From Eledone cirrhosa (taxonomy: Eukaryota): a stretch of 64,000 nucleotides of DNA. Both the position numbers and the translations under genes were made by a program. Under the pieces are notes generated by a model. That model was not told the origin of the DNA and ran no database searches. It saw only the letters and a program-made list of their open reading frames with translations. Shown one piece after another: positions 49,812-64,000 of this stretch (position 1 is the stretch's first letter; the number at the start of each line of letters is the position of its first letter). Location: contig OZ024743.1 in assembly GCA_964016885.1 (NCBI GenBank), positions 319,176,001 through 319,240,000 on the forward strand, given 5' to 3'.

Positions 49812-50556
49812 TTACATTTAAGTAAGTGCCGTACTAAGAGTGAGAAATGAAATTTCGTTTCATTCTATTCCATTTATATATATATACATACATATGTGTC
49901 TGTGTGTGTGTATGTGTGTGTATGTATAGACTTGCAACTGATGGAGTCGTAGGGGCGCCATATTGATATACGGTGATTGTCTGAGCAAAGCAGATCTCTT
50001 CCCAAGAGAGGGAGAGAGAGAGAGTTAGAGAAAGATAGATATAGAGAGAGTGAGAGAGAGAGAGAGGGGAGAAGAAGAAGAAGAAGAAGAAGAAGAAGAA
50101 GAAGAAGAAGAAGAAGAATATTCACCTCAATACTTCACTGGTACTTATTTTTATTGTTTTATCGACCTGAGGAGGATGAAAGGCAGTGTTGACCTCGTTG
50201 AGACCAGAGAGCCGGAACAAATACCACAAAACATTTTATCTTTTAAGTATAAAAAATATAGACATACGCCCGTAAAATAAGGTAAAACTGTTTTTCCACA
50301 ACAACCCGCAACAAATACAACCATAATTGTAACAAAAATACACATTTAAAACAACAACAATCATACCAGAAGTCGATCAATGATACTACAAAATATGTTC
50401 TTTTATTGACAGGCACGTAAAATATGTATGTGCATGACTATGCGGTTTTTGGTTTGGGCGTGTTAGCGGTTTATTTGGTGGCGTCAATGCTTATTTCCCG
50501 TCTGCAATTAAGCTGGCTAAATTCTTTGATCCCTCCGACCATAGAGATGGCGAATG

Positions 50557-50620
<64 letters not shown>

Positions 50621-50846
50621 AACACACAAATAAATCAAGATGATAGAAAAACTACATTTCATTTCCCCTTGACAATTCTTCAAATCAGCCAAATTCTTTC
50701 TTCGACACTACAATAGCACAGTGTTTCACACCTGTCCCCACATAAGTAATGAAACATACACACACACTGACAAGATGACTAGTCCACTATAAGTAGTTTT
50801 GTCAACAGTTTGGAATTAGCTGTCGAAAGAGCAAGAGCTGTGACTC

Positions 50847-51021
50847 TTGGCAGTGTCGGTAGAGGGTCGGACGCCATGCTTTGATGTATAGAGTTACGGC
50901 CTTGCCATTCTGAGTTCAAATCCTGCCGAGGTCAACTTTGCCTTTCATCCTTACGGGGTCGATAAAATAAAGTACCAGTAATGTACTAGATAATTACTGG
51001 CCTTGTGCCAAAAGTAGAAAC

Positions 51022-51025
<4 letters not shown>
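50847..51025 (+). mobile_element. tRNA-derived SINE
   Basis: Recurrent SINE blocks. Confidence 0.88.
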
Positions 51026-51055
<30 letters not shown>

Positions 51056-51063
51056 GCACGCCG

Positions 51064-51108
<45 letters not shown>

Positions 51109-51110
51109 CA

Positions 51111-54100
51111 CTAGCAGAGGCACCCGGCTTTGCCCGGGAATAGAATTGTTCTTTATATATTAGAAGAAAAAAGCAAAATATGTTGTATAGAAATGTCTTA
51201 TTCTACATGATGAAATCAATTTTGAATTCATAATACAAAAAAAACAAAACAAAAATAAAACAATAATAATAAAAAAACGAAAATACAAAATTTACCACTT
51301 TTATGAAGGGAGATACATTCTATCATATGTTGAAGGAAATTACGTAACAGCTTCTGGGTAAACAACATTCTTTGTTTTCTGGTTTAGAGCATAGACAAAT
51401 AAGTCTTGTAAACTACCCACCCTGGAGCAACCAACATAAAGTTGACAGAGAGAACAGCAAGGCTCAATTAAGTGTAAGTCAGTAGATTTCAAAATCTGAC
51501 CTTGAGCTTTGTTAATAGGCGCACTGGGAATTGTGTTCGTTCGAACTCAAATAGCATGTCTGTTGGTTTGATTGGAATTCTTGGAATGAAAAAAAACATC
51601 TTCCCCAGAGGCCCATCTCAGATTAAGTGATAATGTCTTCACAATCAGCCTTGTCCCATTGCATAATTTAGGACGATCTAAATTTTTTAGAAGCATTATT
51701 GGGACTCTTACCTTCAGAAAAAGTTTTTCTGAAGGTAGGAGTCTTTCCCATTTCCTAATTGGAGGAGCCAGGTTGAAAACTGTTCTGCACACTGGTCCCC
51801 ATGTAATAAAGCTCCCATGTTAGTATTGAAGGAGAATTTCTGTACTTTATTCCATGCTTTTATTTCCTCAGCTCTTGTTCCTCTCGGAATGACTGGTAAT
51901 GTCTGTCTGAAAACTAATGTAACTCCTCCTATAGATTTATTGTTGCCTCTTATGTCCTATAAGGTCTTATCAAGAGCTTCCATTGCACCTCTATGTGACA
52001 TAGTGTCTTCATCCCAAAATGATCAGGTGGCATTGGCGCAACACTTCTGTTGAACCTCAACCTTTGCTTATGTTACAAATTGGAGTTTTATTTGTGACCA
52101 GATTTAGCGGTAATTTAAAAGCAGAATGAGCTTTTCGTCCGCCTGGGAGAGGGGTGGTAGCAATGCCAGACGATGCTACAGCAACTGCAATTCTTTTTTG
52201 TTGCCTTACCTTGGAGAGAAGCAATGTTGTTACACATGTTTTACTTGTGCCACCAGGAGCATCAAGAAAGAAAATTCTTCCGATTTTTTCTCTGACTGAC
52301 GAAATGTTTTTATCATATGCACAGCGTTGTTCTGGAAACAGTTTAGGTTCATGTTCATTTACAAATGTAGCCAACTCTGTGATGTCATAATTTGTCTGTC
52401 TTGCTATGTCTCTTGAAGTTAACGCACTAACTTGACGGTTTGTTTTTGGCAGTCCAGAAACAGACTCTTGCAAATTTTTGCCTTCCATAGCCAAAACTTG
52501 ATCCTCAATTTCAATCAGTGCTTGGTTAAAATTTTTTTCCAGAGAACTGAATATTGATATCTGGGTTTGCCTGTTGAAATTCATATTTTAAGTCCTCGGT
52601 CATGTCCTCACGATATTTCATCCAAAGCTGTAGGGGACTGCCAAGTTGACACATGTTCAGCATAATTGCAAAAAGGTTACGGAGTTTTCTTGGAGAATAT
52701 GACTCTGATGGTTCAGTCACTGCAAGGTCCCAATGTTCATCATTTTCTAAAAAAAACTTGTTGATAGCATGCTTCCCTATAAGTTTTACACACATGACCA
52801 TTTACCCTCCTCAAATCTTGGAATAATTTGAGACCAGGTACTTCATGAAAAAGGAGCCGTAAGTAGTAGCATTCTGCTTGGCTTGGGTGGATATTGTAAG
52901 CTCTTGCAAGAACCTCAGCCCCACATTTCCTCTTGTACCATTTATTGTTTCTCCAGGTGTAATACTTTAGTAATTTTAGGTAAAGGAGTTTTCTTGCATC
53001 TTCATCTTCTTGACACAACTTAAAAAAGGCAGTAAGGGTAGTTTCTTTTGGAGAAAGTACTTGTTGCAAGGCTGTTTGTTTTGTAGAGATAACCGTTTGA
53101 CCATTCTATAGATGGACACTCAGATGAATGATGGCTGGGTGCTTCTCATGAATGGGAAAATTGAAGATGCGCCTAAAAGTCTCATTGCTACTGATGTATC
53201 TTCCTCTCTCATACTGTGTAACGTCATCATTTTTATTTATCTGCTGACTGTCATTTTGCATAAGAGTGTATGTTGCAGTATCTAAATCTTTGTTTATATA
53301 TTTGCAAACACACTGAACATGCAGAATTCAACATTGATATGGGCTTTGAAAGTTTTTGTAAGAAGATGACAGTAAGGTACAACCCACCGATTTTCAATGA
53401 TGAATTCTTGATCATTTCTCATTTTTTTCTTTCGAAATAAATCCACCATGTCCAGGTTTTCTTCTCCTGCAAAAGGGGGTAGCCACCTTCTCCAGTTTGG
53501 GTTTCTTGTACAGAGGGACGTGGATAGTTCTTGGTACACTTATTATCTCTCATGCATATAGAGAGTGGATTAATTGAACCACAGGGCCCATGAATCATCT
53601 GGGACTTGACAATTTCATGCGGCAAAGGATCTTGCTGTGGATCAGGCAGTTCACCTGAGATAAATAAATCGGTATCATTGGCCGAAGTTTTTCATGTAAC
53701 CAAATCAAAATGTAGGTATGTGGCAATCCCCGTTTTTGCCATTCAATAGTGTACATTTAGCTATAGTATCAAGGCGATATTTGGGTTCTTGATGATGATA
53801 AATTTCACTCTTTATTTCATGTCATGTTGGGTTACATGTGAATGTAATGAAGATGTCTAGACGACCATAGTGTCTGACATATGTAAATGCATCTTGGGTA
53901 CGCTCATGCATATACCGTGGACTTCCTGTAAAGCTTGATGGAAGAATGACACAAAGCTGTTTTTGTCAGTGCAGGAACACAGATTAATGGATACTGGAGT
54001 GCATATGATCGGTGGGTTGCATTTATCCGCTGCATCTTATTTCTTCTTCCTTGAATAATAATATCTCTCTTCCCATACTCGTCGCTTGTAATAATTGCTG

Positions 54101-55207
54101 CTATTCCATTTGCAGCAGGGGCATTGTAGCGGCCTCTGTGTTCAACAATAGGCTTTTTGTCTGCAGAAATAACTATCTTGTATTCAGTGGGTGGTGCAGA
54201 TTCTAATGCATACTTGAAGCTTCTGATGTAGCTATTGTTTGCATGCAACATATCTTGCAGATTAAAGATTAACTCTTCTTTAAAATTTGGAAGGTTAAAT
54301 GACAGTTGCAAAGCCTGCTCCTTGTAATTTGCCACAAAATACAGCTGTAAAAACTGAGTTGTAACAACAATACTGAGGCTCCTATTATTAAAAATCACCA
54401 CAAACCTCCTATGAATTACAATCTCATATGAAGCTAGCTAAATCTGACATAGTTTTGAATCATATATTTTGTATCATTTTTCATTTTCAATATTTGAGTC
54501 TGTTCGTAAATTCATTGAATTTCTGGAATAAGAATTCACAAATTCCATTCTTTTTCTATGAACTTTACTATGGATTAACATTTAGTCGTTGATTGCATCA
54601 TTTCTATTATGGAACATAACGTCATAACGTCCTTGAACGGAATATAAGTACACGCCGGGTGGAATAAAAACCACTATATTCTTTCTTTCGAACGCATTGG
54701 TTTATCGATTTTCTCGTCCCACACACACATACACACACATATACGCGGTTTCAGTTGTGTTTACAGCCTTTTCAAAACGATTTTCATTACAGGCTTTCGA
54801 AAAATATCTTTCGTATATATTTATCTCACTTGCATGGTCGCTTGTGTTCTTGTTGAACACAAGCGACGCAATTGTTTTTATCTTTGTCAATTATATCGAG
54901 GAGAATATGATTCATTACAAGGACGTAATTCAGGGTTTCTTTTTAAATAACATTTTCTTTGTGTTTAAAAAATTGAATTTTGGTTGGAATTTACTTAGGA
55001 AAAATCTTTTCTTATTAATCCTGGGTGGAATTTTCATTACACTGGTAGAATGAGAAGACAAAAATTGGCAGATTGCATCCTCTACGTTCCTCTATACGGT
55101 GTGTGGGTCCCTGATTTGTTGACGGTGAACTGTCATTTGTCTTCGGAGCGAAGTACTTGTTTGTCCAATATAATGTTTGTAGCAGCCTTTACACGTTATA
55201 ATATATT
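51111..55207 (-). mobile_element. Degenerate autonomous-type Helitron
   Basis: Minus-strand 3' end: hairpin CCCGGgcaaagCCGGG then CTAG|T at 51111; Rep/Hel fragments inside. Confidence 0.88.
51345..54400 (-). pseudogene. Helitron Rep/helicase (HUH endonuclease plus PIF1-like helicase), fragmented
   Basis: EHRGRYNAP, ALQYPL, YTIEWQKRGLPH (~53715-53755), MIHGPCG, NRWVVPY…AHINVE, ECYYLRLL, FFLDAPGGTSKT, AVASSGIA…GGR.AHS.FKLP, MLLKNL…LCNGTRL. Confidence 0.9.
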
Positions 55208-55938
55208 CTAGCAGAATGGCCCGGCGTTCCTCCGGATTCTAAACATAGATTGGCATGTTTATCCCTCCTTTCTGAAACAGTACAGAGAAGTACGGAATAC
55301 CTCGGCCTGGGGATCGTGCGTGTCTACATTTTGTGCTTATACAAAAAATTCGTCGTAGATTACCAGGGGTTTAACTTAATTGGGTGCCTGAGAGTAAAAT
55401 GTTCAACCCACGAAAGTCAAGACGATAGGGTTAAGTAAAAAGGCATTCGACAAACCAAACATATATTTGTTGTGCTATGGTACAATGAAAGCAATAGTTA
55501 CAGAGCAGTAAGCATGTGGGACTGCAGTGGTGGAGAGCATGAAGGAATTTAGTTGGATACTTTTAAGGTTACAGACCCTAACGCAACCAAAATGCTTTTA
55601 AAAATCGGTTTTTCGCCTAATGCGGTCCTTGGGGCAAAAAATGAGAAAATCTTTTTTGCTCCAAACATTTTAAACGTCCTAAGTAATGCAATTTTTGAAG
55701 AAATCGCCTGGATTATTGTTCCGTTATGCCTCAAAAAAGTCTTTAAAGCCTAAAATATGCGGTTTTTCGCCTAATGCGGTCCCTAGAGCATTGAAAATTT
55801 GAAATATGTTTTGCTCAAAACACTCACACGACCATAAGTATTACATGTGTAAAGTTTGAAAAATATCGGTTGGGTGGTTCTCGAGTTTTAGGGGGACAGA
55901 CAGACAGACATTCTCTGTTTTAGATATATAGATTAGAT
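55208..55938 (-). mobile_element. Non-autonomous Helitron-like element abutting the 5' side of the large Helitron
   Basis: Minus strand starts TCTAATCTATATATCTAAAA…(GTCT)n and ends CCGGaggaacgCCGG…CTAG; internal repeat CGGTTTTTCGCCTAATGCGGTCC occurs twice. Confidence 0.7.
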
Positions 55939-57511
55939 TCTCCGAGCTGTAAGAGAACTCATTTTTAATTTTAAAGATAGGATCGTCATTGAAATTAAAT
56001 TAATTTCCCTCTAACAGTTATATACTGCGCAGTGAGGTCGATTGCATCTTTTTACTTCAGGTTCTTTAGTAACGATTTGAAGTTTTGCATTCGTTGGTAT
56101 CTTTTTTTTTAGTGATTTTTGTTGTCGTTTCCTATTATGATTGGGTGTTTTTGTATAATATTCCTTGGTGTATTTATTCAAATCTTCTTGAGGTCAACGT
56201 AGCCTTTTTTATCCGCGATCGACAAATAAAGTACCAGCGAAGAGCAGATGACTGGCGGGATCGTTAAAGCTTAAGATATATTGTGTTATTCCGATAGACA
56301 CAGTTAAAAATAGATAGACACAGTCATAAATAGATAGACAGTCACAACCTGATAGACAGAATCTAAATCAGACAGACACGGTCTAAGTTATTTAGATAGT
56401 CTAAGCCCGATAGATAGTCTAAACAAGATATACTCTTTGTTCCAAGTTAAAGAATAACCATTATTTCTGAAGTGTACTGTAATTGGTAAAGATTAGCGGA
56501 ACTGAAACTTTAGTTTTGATATCCGACCCACGAAATATTTTACTTATCTTATATAATATCCGAACCAAGGGTGTAAAAGTTCTTATTTATCCACGTTTTA
56601 AATTTGGAGCGATGTAATCATTTCTGTTTTGTTTTTAGTTTTAATCTTTATTTTTCAATGAATAAAGTCATTTAAAGACCAACTATATTGAAATCATATC
56701 TGGTATTATCAAATTAGCTATTTTTTTTCTCTCCGTCTCATAAAGTAACCTCTTTTCTGGAGGGCATTTTCTGAGGAATTGGATACAGAGAGCTTTTCCG
56801 AAACTCCCAACTTAGGAAAATGTAAAAATGTTGATGTAAGAATAAGTGGATAATTCTAAAATAATACATAAAAAAACTTTTGTTTGTATAGGAAAGCTAA
56901 CCGAATGGAAAGCTGAATAGTCATACAGGGAATTAATAACAATACTTATAACATTTCCATCGTTTTAGTTCATTGCAACTCAATCTAAATTATTAACGCC
57001 TGTTACGGTTATACACACTCACAGACACGCGCGCGCGCACACACACAACACACACACACCACATACACACACACAAACACACATACACACATATATATAT
57101 ATATGTGTGTATAACACCTGCAACCCTGATGGTATCCAATGATGTTGACTTGTTCTTCTTTTTGGTAAATATCATCTTGGTTAAGAGAGTGGGACTGGCT
57201 TTGTGCAGTGCCTTTGCTCACTATAAAAGCTTCACGGCACAGGCATTGCTTTATATCTGGAGATCTCTCTGCACTTGTCCTCACATGGTACCAAAGGCAA
57301 AGCACTATGTGTCAATAATTGTCACAAGTGTAGTGTTTGTACCAGAGTTTTCAAGTCGCTGGCTGGACTAAAAAGTCACACTCGTTCAGCGCATCGGTAG
57401 GGGTTCTCCTACATGGATATAAAGTAGTGGCCGTACTCGAAAACGAGTTGGCAGCCACCATATATATATATATATATATATACACACAGACATGTATATT
57501 TAAACACACAC

Positions 57512-57581
<70 letters not shown>

Positions 57582-57599
57582 TTATATATATCCCGATAG

Positions 57600-58320
57600 C
57601 CATGTCATACATCTGTCTTTATACATTCAAACCTCTGTACCCATCATCAGCGTTCTGATGTTCTTACACTAGCCACTCCGGTATCTTCCATGAGGTTATA
57701 AATGTAATTTCTTTTTCTTCTACCCCCCCCCCCCCCCCCGCCCTTTGTGAATCCCTCTGATTGTTCCCACAGAGCAACATCACCTGCTTTCTCCTCATAG
57801 TGACAAACACAGTGACCTGTAAATATCATTCCCCTCTGCTTTATCTTTTCCGTTACTGGTGGAAGCTGAAGAAACAATTCTCTGCAGGTGAGTTTGTTGT
57901 ACAATAACAGCCATAATTCTCTTTTCTCTTTGTGCTTCATGCTTCTGATCCATACAAGAGAACTGACTCCATTGTTGCAATAACAAAAGCTTTTCCTTAA
58001 GTCTTCAGCTCACCCGTGATGTCCATATCCTCTTCAGCTCGTGGCACATTGAGCGAGCGCCTTTCTGACTGGAAAATCTTTTCCAATACTTTTTCTTTTA
58101 TTTAAACATCTAGATATATGAAGTTTTTCAAATCTTTGGTGTAATCCCCTGTCTGAGATGTTATACCGAGAGTTCTATGGATGTTGTAACTCTCTACCTC
58201 TGTTTTCTATGCATTTAGGGGCAATCATGCTTTGCAAGTTTTTGTTTCCACCCCTAATTGTATTTGTTGTACTGTCACCATTTCTTCGGGAATTAGTGAT
58301 GTGTCATCAATAAAATCCGA
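57600..58320 (-). pseudogene. Degenerate RTE-type LINE 3' fragment
   Basis: ORF 57647-57940 (LPPVTEKIKQR…FTGHC…LWE…GRRK…LMEDTG) and upstream decayed motifs (DFIDD, F.YL). Confidence 0.6.
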
Positions 58321-58323
58321 ATC

Positions 58324-58386
<63 letters not shown>

Positions 58387-61074
58387 TACTGAGATTTTTA
58401 ACTGTTGCAACTGTGAGTTTCGTGGTTTGTCGTTGATAACATAATGGAAATGTGTGTGTTTCTGTAGGTGTTTGTATTTGTGTGTTTGTGTGTGTGTGTA
58501 TCTTTGTTTATGTTTGCGTTTGTACCTGTGTTTTTATCCCGTAACTTAGTCGTTCGGCAAAAAAGTGATTGACAAAATAATTACCAGATTTGAAGTAATG
58601 TGGTCGATATGACCAACCAATGCACATGGCTCTAGCTTAAGAATATAAGTAGTAAAAGAATAAAAAAAGAATTGTAAGACAATTTTATTCCTATTATGCT
58701 GACAGTTGATTTCAAATTCCACCAAGGTTAGCTTTGCCTTTCATCCATACAGAGTCGATAAAGTAAAGCATCAAAAATGCACTGGGGTCGATTTAATCGA
58801 CTTTCCCCTTCCCTCAGATACGGGTCGATATAGTATCGACCAGTCCAGGTGCGATGGGTTGGTAGAACTGTTGAAAAGTCGGACAGGATGCTTTGCGGTA
58901 TCTAACCCGGCATTGTGCGTTTTGAGTCCAAATCCTGTCCCCTTATTCAAGGTGTTGCCAACGGCAAATAGTATCATCCGAGTAAATACCAATGGAAACA
59001 TGTTTTTCTTTGTTTAATTTGATGATTAGCCACTTTCCTTCTAAAATAAAAACTGTAGAGGTCCTCTACAGTTTTAGTTTTAATTTTAGTTTTTTCATAC
59101 ACATACAATTTAGTTTTAATTTTAGTTTTTTCATACAATTATTTTCGAAGGTTATATAAGTATAACACTTTATTCATATTTAACTGTATGTATTTATGAA
59201 CAGAAAGAGAGGGAAAAAAGGAAAACATACTGGTAAGAAATAGAAAAGAATATATTCAAAACAGAATAGGAAAAACGGATAGGAGGGATATTTTATATAC
59301 TTGGCTGGAGAGTATATCTCGGCCGCGCCCTGCAGAGAAGATGGCGGAAGCGGTGCTACGGAGAACTGCCATCGATATCCGCTGCATCATCCATTCTACC
59401 GCACGTGGTTTCCACATCAGGCGATATGCTTCTTTTTCAATTTAATGGAGAGAAACGTCAGTCCGGGAAACGAGGACACTGAATGTTTCAATGGTTACTG
59501 GCACAACAAAGAAACGGTCAGTTAATGCCTGGTATTTCGTTTATATTTATGGCATCTTTAGTAATTCAAAGTAGATTTGATGTGAACATTCTCACGGTGA
59601 TAAATCTACATCTAAGCTTATATTATTTGCAAACAAGAAACTATAATGTAAACAATTAACTAGGTAAAATTTGTGCAGATAGTAAACACATTTTCATCTG
59701 GCATTTCTTGTTTTCGTTAAATTGACCAACTTTATCCTTTATACTTCTTCTTCGCGCACTTATTCCTTGAAGGCTCGTGGGAGCAGAATCCTCAAGCACA
59801 CCTTCCAGTGGGTACTTTCAGAAGCAACCGTCTTCAGTTGATCCGGTGGGATCTCTAAACGAGACCAACCATCTTACTCGAGATCAACCTCTGGGTTTCC
59901 TCTCGGTTGGTTTTGCTCGTAAAATCCTTTATAACATTTCTATAATTTCAAGATGAGCCGCCGTGCTGTGTCTGGAGTTTCCACTGTTCTTTCTCTGTTA
60001 CTTGTGTATTATTATGAATATATATGATAAACCTCACCGATTTTAAAGCATTAACAATTAAAGCCCGCAACCTCTTTTCGATTCATTCGATATTCCTGGT
60101 TATAGATAAATTCGCTTCATAAGCGTAGCAAATACTTCTGAAAAAAAATAGATAGGACACACTGAAATAAGTAAAACTAGTTGTCAAGTGAAGCCCGCCT
60201 TGAGAGGAACGACCACCAATAACATTGTCTGAGTCAAAAGTCGTTTATTGTAGACAAAAGGAGCAATAGATAGCATAACCATAAATGTGTGTGTGGGGGG
60301 TGGGGTGGGGGGGTCAAAGTCATGTGACTGTATTTTGTCAGACATATCGATATTTTAAGAAGTGTCTGAGATGTTCCATTATATAATGAGAATGTATGTG
60401 GGGGAGGGTGGCACTCATGTAGGTATGTGATAAATATGACAATTGAATGAGGGAGTATGATATAATATAAGAGCAGAGTATGATATAATATAAAACGAAA
60501 GAGCTCAGGATTTCCTCTCCTTTGAATATTCAATCGGATTTCATACGATTTCAGTCCATCAAATTTCACTCATAAGTCAGAAGTTAACCCGAGGCTGAAG
60601 TAGAATACACACGTCAAAAGCGCCGTGTAGTGGGACTAAACCCGAAAATAGGTATTTGTGAAACAAACACCTTAAGCACAGAGCAATGACTATGTCTTCA
60701 ACTATGTTTATAAATAATAGTTTCATTTATAAATATCACAGAGTAAGAAGAAGATGAAAAAAAAAAAAAAAGAAAGAAGAAAAAAATGCATGAGATTTGG
60801 GATGGATGCAAGTTCTATATTTTGGCTGCACATAATATCTCAGCTGTGTCATAGGAACAAGATGGAAAAAGCGTTGCCGTGGAGAATACGGTAATACCTG
60901 CTATACCAGTCAGTCCAGCCCATGGGGCTCTTCGTCAAGTGTGATGCCCTCCTCCCTATTTGTCGTAGAAAATCTGCAGTCTGGGGGCCGAGGATTCAGT
61001 AGGTCTTGAAGGCAAAAATATTTTTAGAACTGAAAATCATCTTTTTCGTAAAACGGAGTAATTTACACAAAACA

Positions 61075-61830
61075 ATTATACACACTAATGCACCAGCTCT
61101 TGCAATTATTGCACTTAATTCAGCCTTCCTGCCTTCCATCATTCGTGAACATGTCCCCGAGATTCTTGAACTTCTCCACCTGTTTCAATGGAACTCTCTT
61201 CATATGTAGAGTGCACTGCCTGGGCTACCTTGAGATTCCAGCTGTGCAGCATTCGGCAGCAAACTTATCAAGTGCATGTCGGAGATAATCTTCTAACGAG
61301 CTAACTAGTATCATGCCACCCACAAATTCCAGCCGATTGAACTTACTCCCTCCAAAGTTGATACCACTTCTAACCAGGTTGCGCATCTCAATCCTGTTCG
61401 GAGTCCGATTCCTACATTGAATGGTTTCGATTTAGCACCATTTATCCGAACACAAATACTTGGACATTTCCATAGAGACTTCAGGGATACAAGAAACTAT
61501 CCATGTATTCCATGCATCTGCAGAACCTTCCACAATAAGACCTGTGGAACGATTTCTCAAAGACCTGCCGCAATGTGAATATTTGTTTGGCTGTACTACG
61601 TCCGGGTCGAAAACCACACTCTTAGTCAAGAAGCGTGGACTCGACAATATACCTACATCTCTTTACCAGACACTTTACCGGGGAGGCTTAACAAGGAGAT
61701 TCCCCGATAATCGAAACAATCTCTCTTGCATCCCATTTTGGAAAATTGGGATTATAACTCCTGATTGCCATTGCTTAGGTGTCTTTGGAGAGATCTAGGC
61801 CACCCGGTACACACGAGTCAACGACAGAAT
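61075..61830 (-). pseudogene. Degenerate RTE-type RT fragment
   Basis: Decayed minus-strand similarity to the PI.K…ISLL..PGKV through FDRI region; judged by eye only. Confidence 0.45.
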
Positions 61831-62070
61831 ACCTTGTCTATTTAAGGCTTAGAATCCATTGCTAAGATTGAAAAATAATACTGCTTCACTGATGACTTAA
61901 AATTGCTAATTATGTTCACTACAACTTGGAAATCTGCTCTAATCTTGGTGGAAATATGAGAAACAACATCATAACAGAGAACTGTAATTCTGTATACTTC
62001 TTCGGCAATTATTATAAGTTGAACAGAAATACAAAAATTGTCATAAAACCCAGGTTTATAACCATCATAT

Positions 62071-62252
62071 ATTGGCAGTATCGGTAGAGGGTCGGACGCC
62101 ATGCTTTGTAGCATAGAGTTATGCCCCTTTATGGTCTGAGTTCAAATCTCGCTGAGGTTAACTTTGCTTTTCATCCTTACGGGGTCGATAAAATAAAGCA
62201 CCAGTAATGCACTGGGACAATTGCTGGCCTTGTGCCAAAAGTAGAAACAATT
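62071..62252 (+). mobile_element. tRNA-derived SINE
   Basis: Recurrent SINE blocks. Confidence 0.9.
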
Positions 62253-62689
62253 ATATATATATATGATATATATGTACACACACATAGTCATGTACATATA
62301 TACACGTGCAAAAAACATGCTTACTCACAAGACATATATATATATGTCTGTGTTGCTAGATCTCCGTCGGTTCCGAAGACGTGTTTTCCAGTTGTTAAAG
62401 TCAACTTAAAAGTCTGCTCGTGAAATTAACGTGCATGTGGCTGATCATTCCACAGGCACGTGTACCCTTACCGTAGTTATCATGGAGATCAATGTTTAAT
62501 AAGACTGGCTCTTTGAATTATAAGTACATTTTTTTCTCAGCCGAGTGAAGTGGAATAACGTGAAATAAAATATTTTGCTTATGAACCCAACGCCTGCCGG
62601 GAATAGAACTTCCGATCTCAAGATCGAGAACAGACTAACCTCTGAGTCTCTCACACACACACGCGCGCGCACGCACGCACGCACGCATG

Positions 62690-62695
62690 TATGTA

Positions 62696-62794
<99 letters not shown>

Positions 62795-62971
62795 CTGTGT
62801 ATATATATAACTATATATATTGCTACATGAAAGCTCCATAAACCACAAACGCAAGCTTTCGCTCTCTCATACACACACACATACGTACATACATACATAC
62901 ATATATATATACATACATACATATATATATGTATATATACATATATATATATATGTATATATATGTATATG

Positions 62972-63053
<82 letters not shown>

Positions 63054-63237
63054 CTTATATACATATATATATATATATATACTTATATATATATACATAC
63101 ATATACTTATATATATATATATATACATACATATACTTATATATATATATATATATACATACATATATATATATATATTTATATATATATATATATACTT
63201 ATATATATATATATACATACATATATATATATATACT

Positions 63238-63305
<68 letters not shown>

Positions 63306-63364
63306 CATATATATATATATATATAAATACATATATATATATATATATAAATACATATATATAA

Positions 63365-63401
<37 letters not shown>

Positions 63402-63482
63402 AATATATATATATACATACATATATATATATAAATACATATATATAAATATATATATATACATACATATATATATATATAC

Positions 63483-63560
<78 letters not shown>
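62690..63560. repeat. Long compound (TA)n microsatellite
   Basis: Direct inspection. Confidence 0.97.
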
Positions 63561-63562
<2 letters not shown>

Positions 63563-64000
63563 CAGTATTTATATTGCTACATGAAAGAGATCCAATATTA
63601 AATAAGCATCTCAAAAATAACAAGTTAGTTCCATAATAATATTACATAAATGCTTTCGCATACAAAATATGCGAGACTAAGGATTCTGTCAGAAAGCAGT
63701 AATATTTAAATCAAAAGAATCTACCGCAGGATGTTATACGGTAATAATACTAATATGCACAGAATGATGTTTAATACAAAAAATTAAAGCAGTAAAGGCA
63801 AATCACAGAAATAAATGGTGTAGGGTCGATAGGTGAATCTTTAATTGGTATACTTTATTCAAGAAAATAATATGGAATGAAAACAACATTTATTTAGCTA
63901 AAGTAGCCAAATATATGAGAAGAGTACTCAAGTGTAAATAGCAAAGGCTTTTGAACGACGATTCCTTTCTCTTTCGTCGCATAGTTGGTGTACATGCTCG

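Noticed and set aside
59300-59530. Short GC-rich patch with AAGATGGCGG (YY1-like) as a host promoter or exon
   Set aside because: No supporting ORF homology or splice structure visible; cannot be distinguished from a repeat fragment.

Overview
AT-rich eukaryotic repeat-dominated DNA with no recognisable host gene. The SINE families and very dense (TA)n/(CA)n microsatellites suggest an octopod cephalopod; this is inferred from recalled repeat families, not from a search. The window holds two young Penelope-like element (PLE) insertions of different families, each arranged as tail-out inverted copies embedded in (TA)n (5661-10135 and 37276-46243). It also holds two head-to-tail degenerate Tx1/L1-like LINEs (15290-26390), a degenerate Helitron with an abutting non-autonomous Helitron (51111-55938), MITEs, fold-back palindromes, many tRNA-derived SINEs and old RTE/CR1 fragments. 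The most notable signal is a set of type I hammerhead ribozymes (HHR) of three distinct architectures, read directly from the sequence. They lie in both PLE families and in a non-coding 629-nt-period element inserted in (TA)n (2632-3598, retrozyme-like). Several insertions are longer than one unit and look circularly permuted, consistent with (not proof of) ribozyme-processed circular RNA templates copied by a PLE reverse transcriptase into (TA)n targets. Coordinates were counted by eye and may be off by a few bases.
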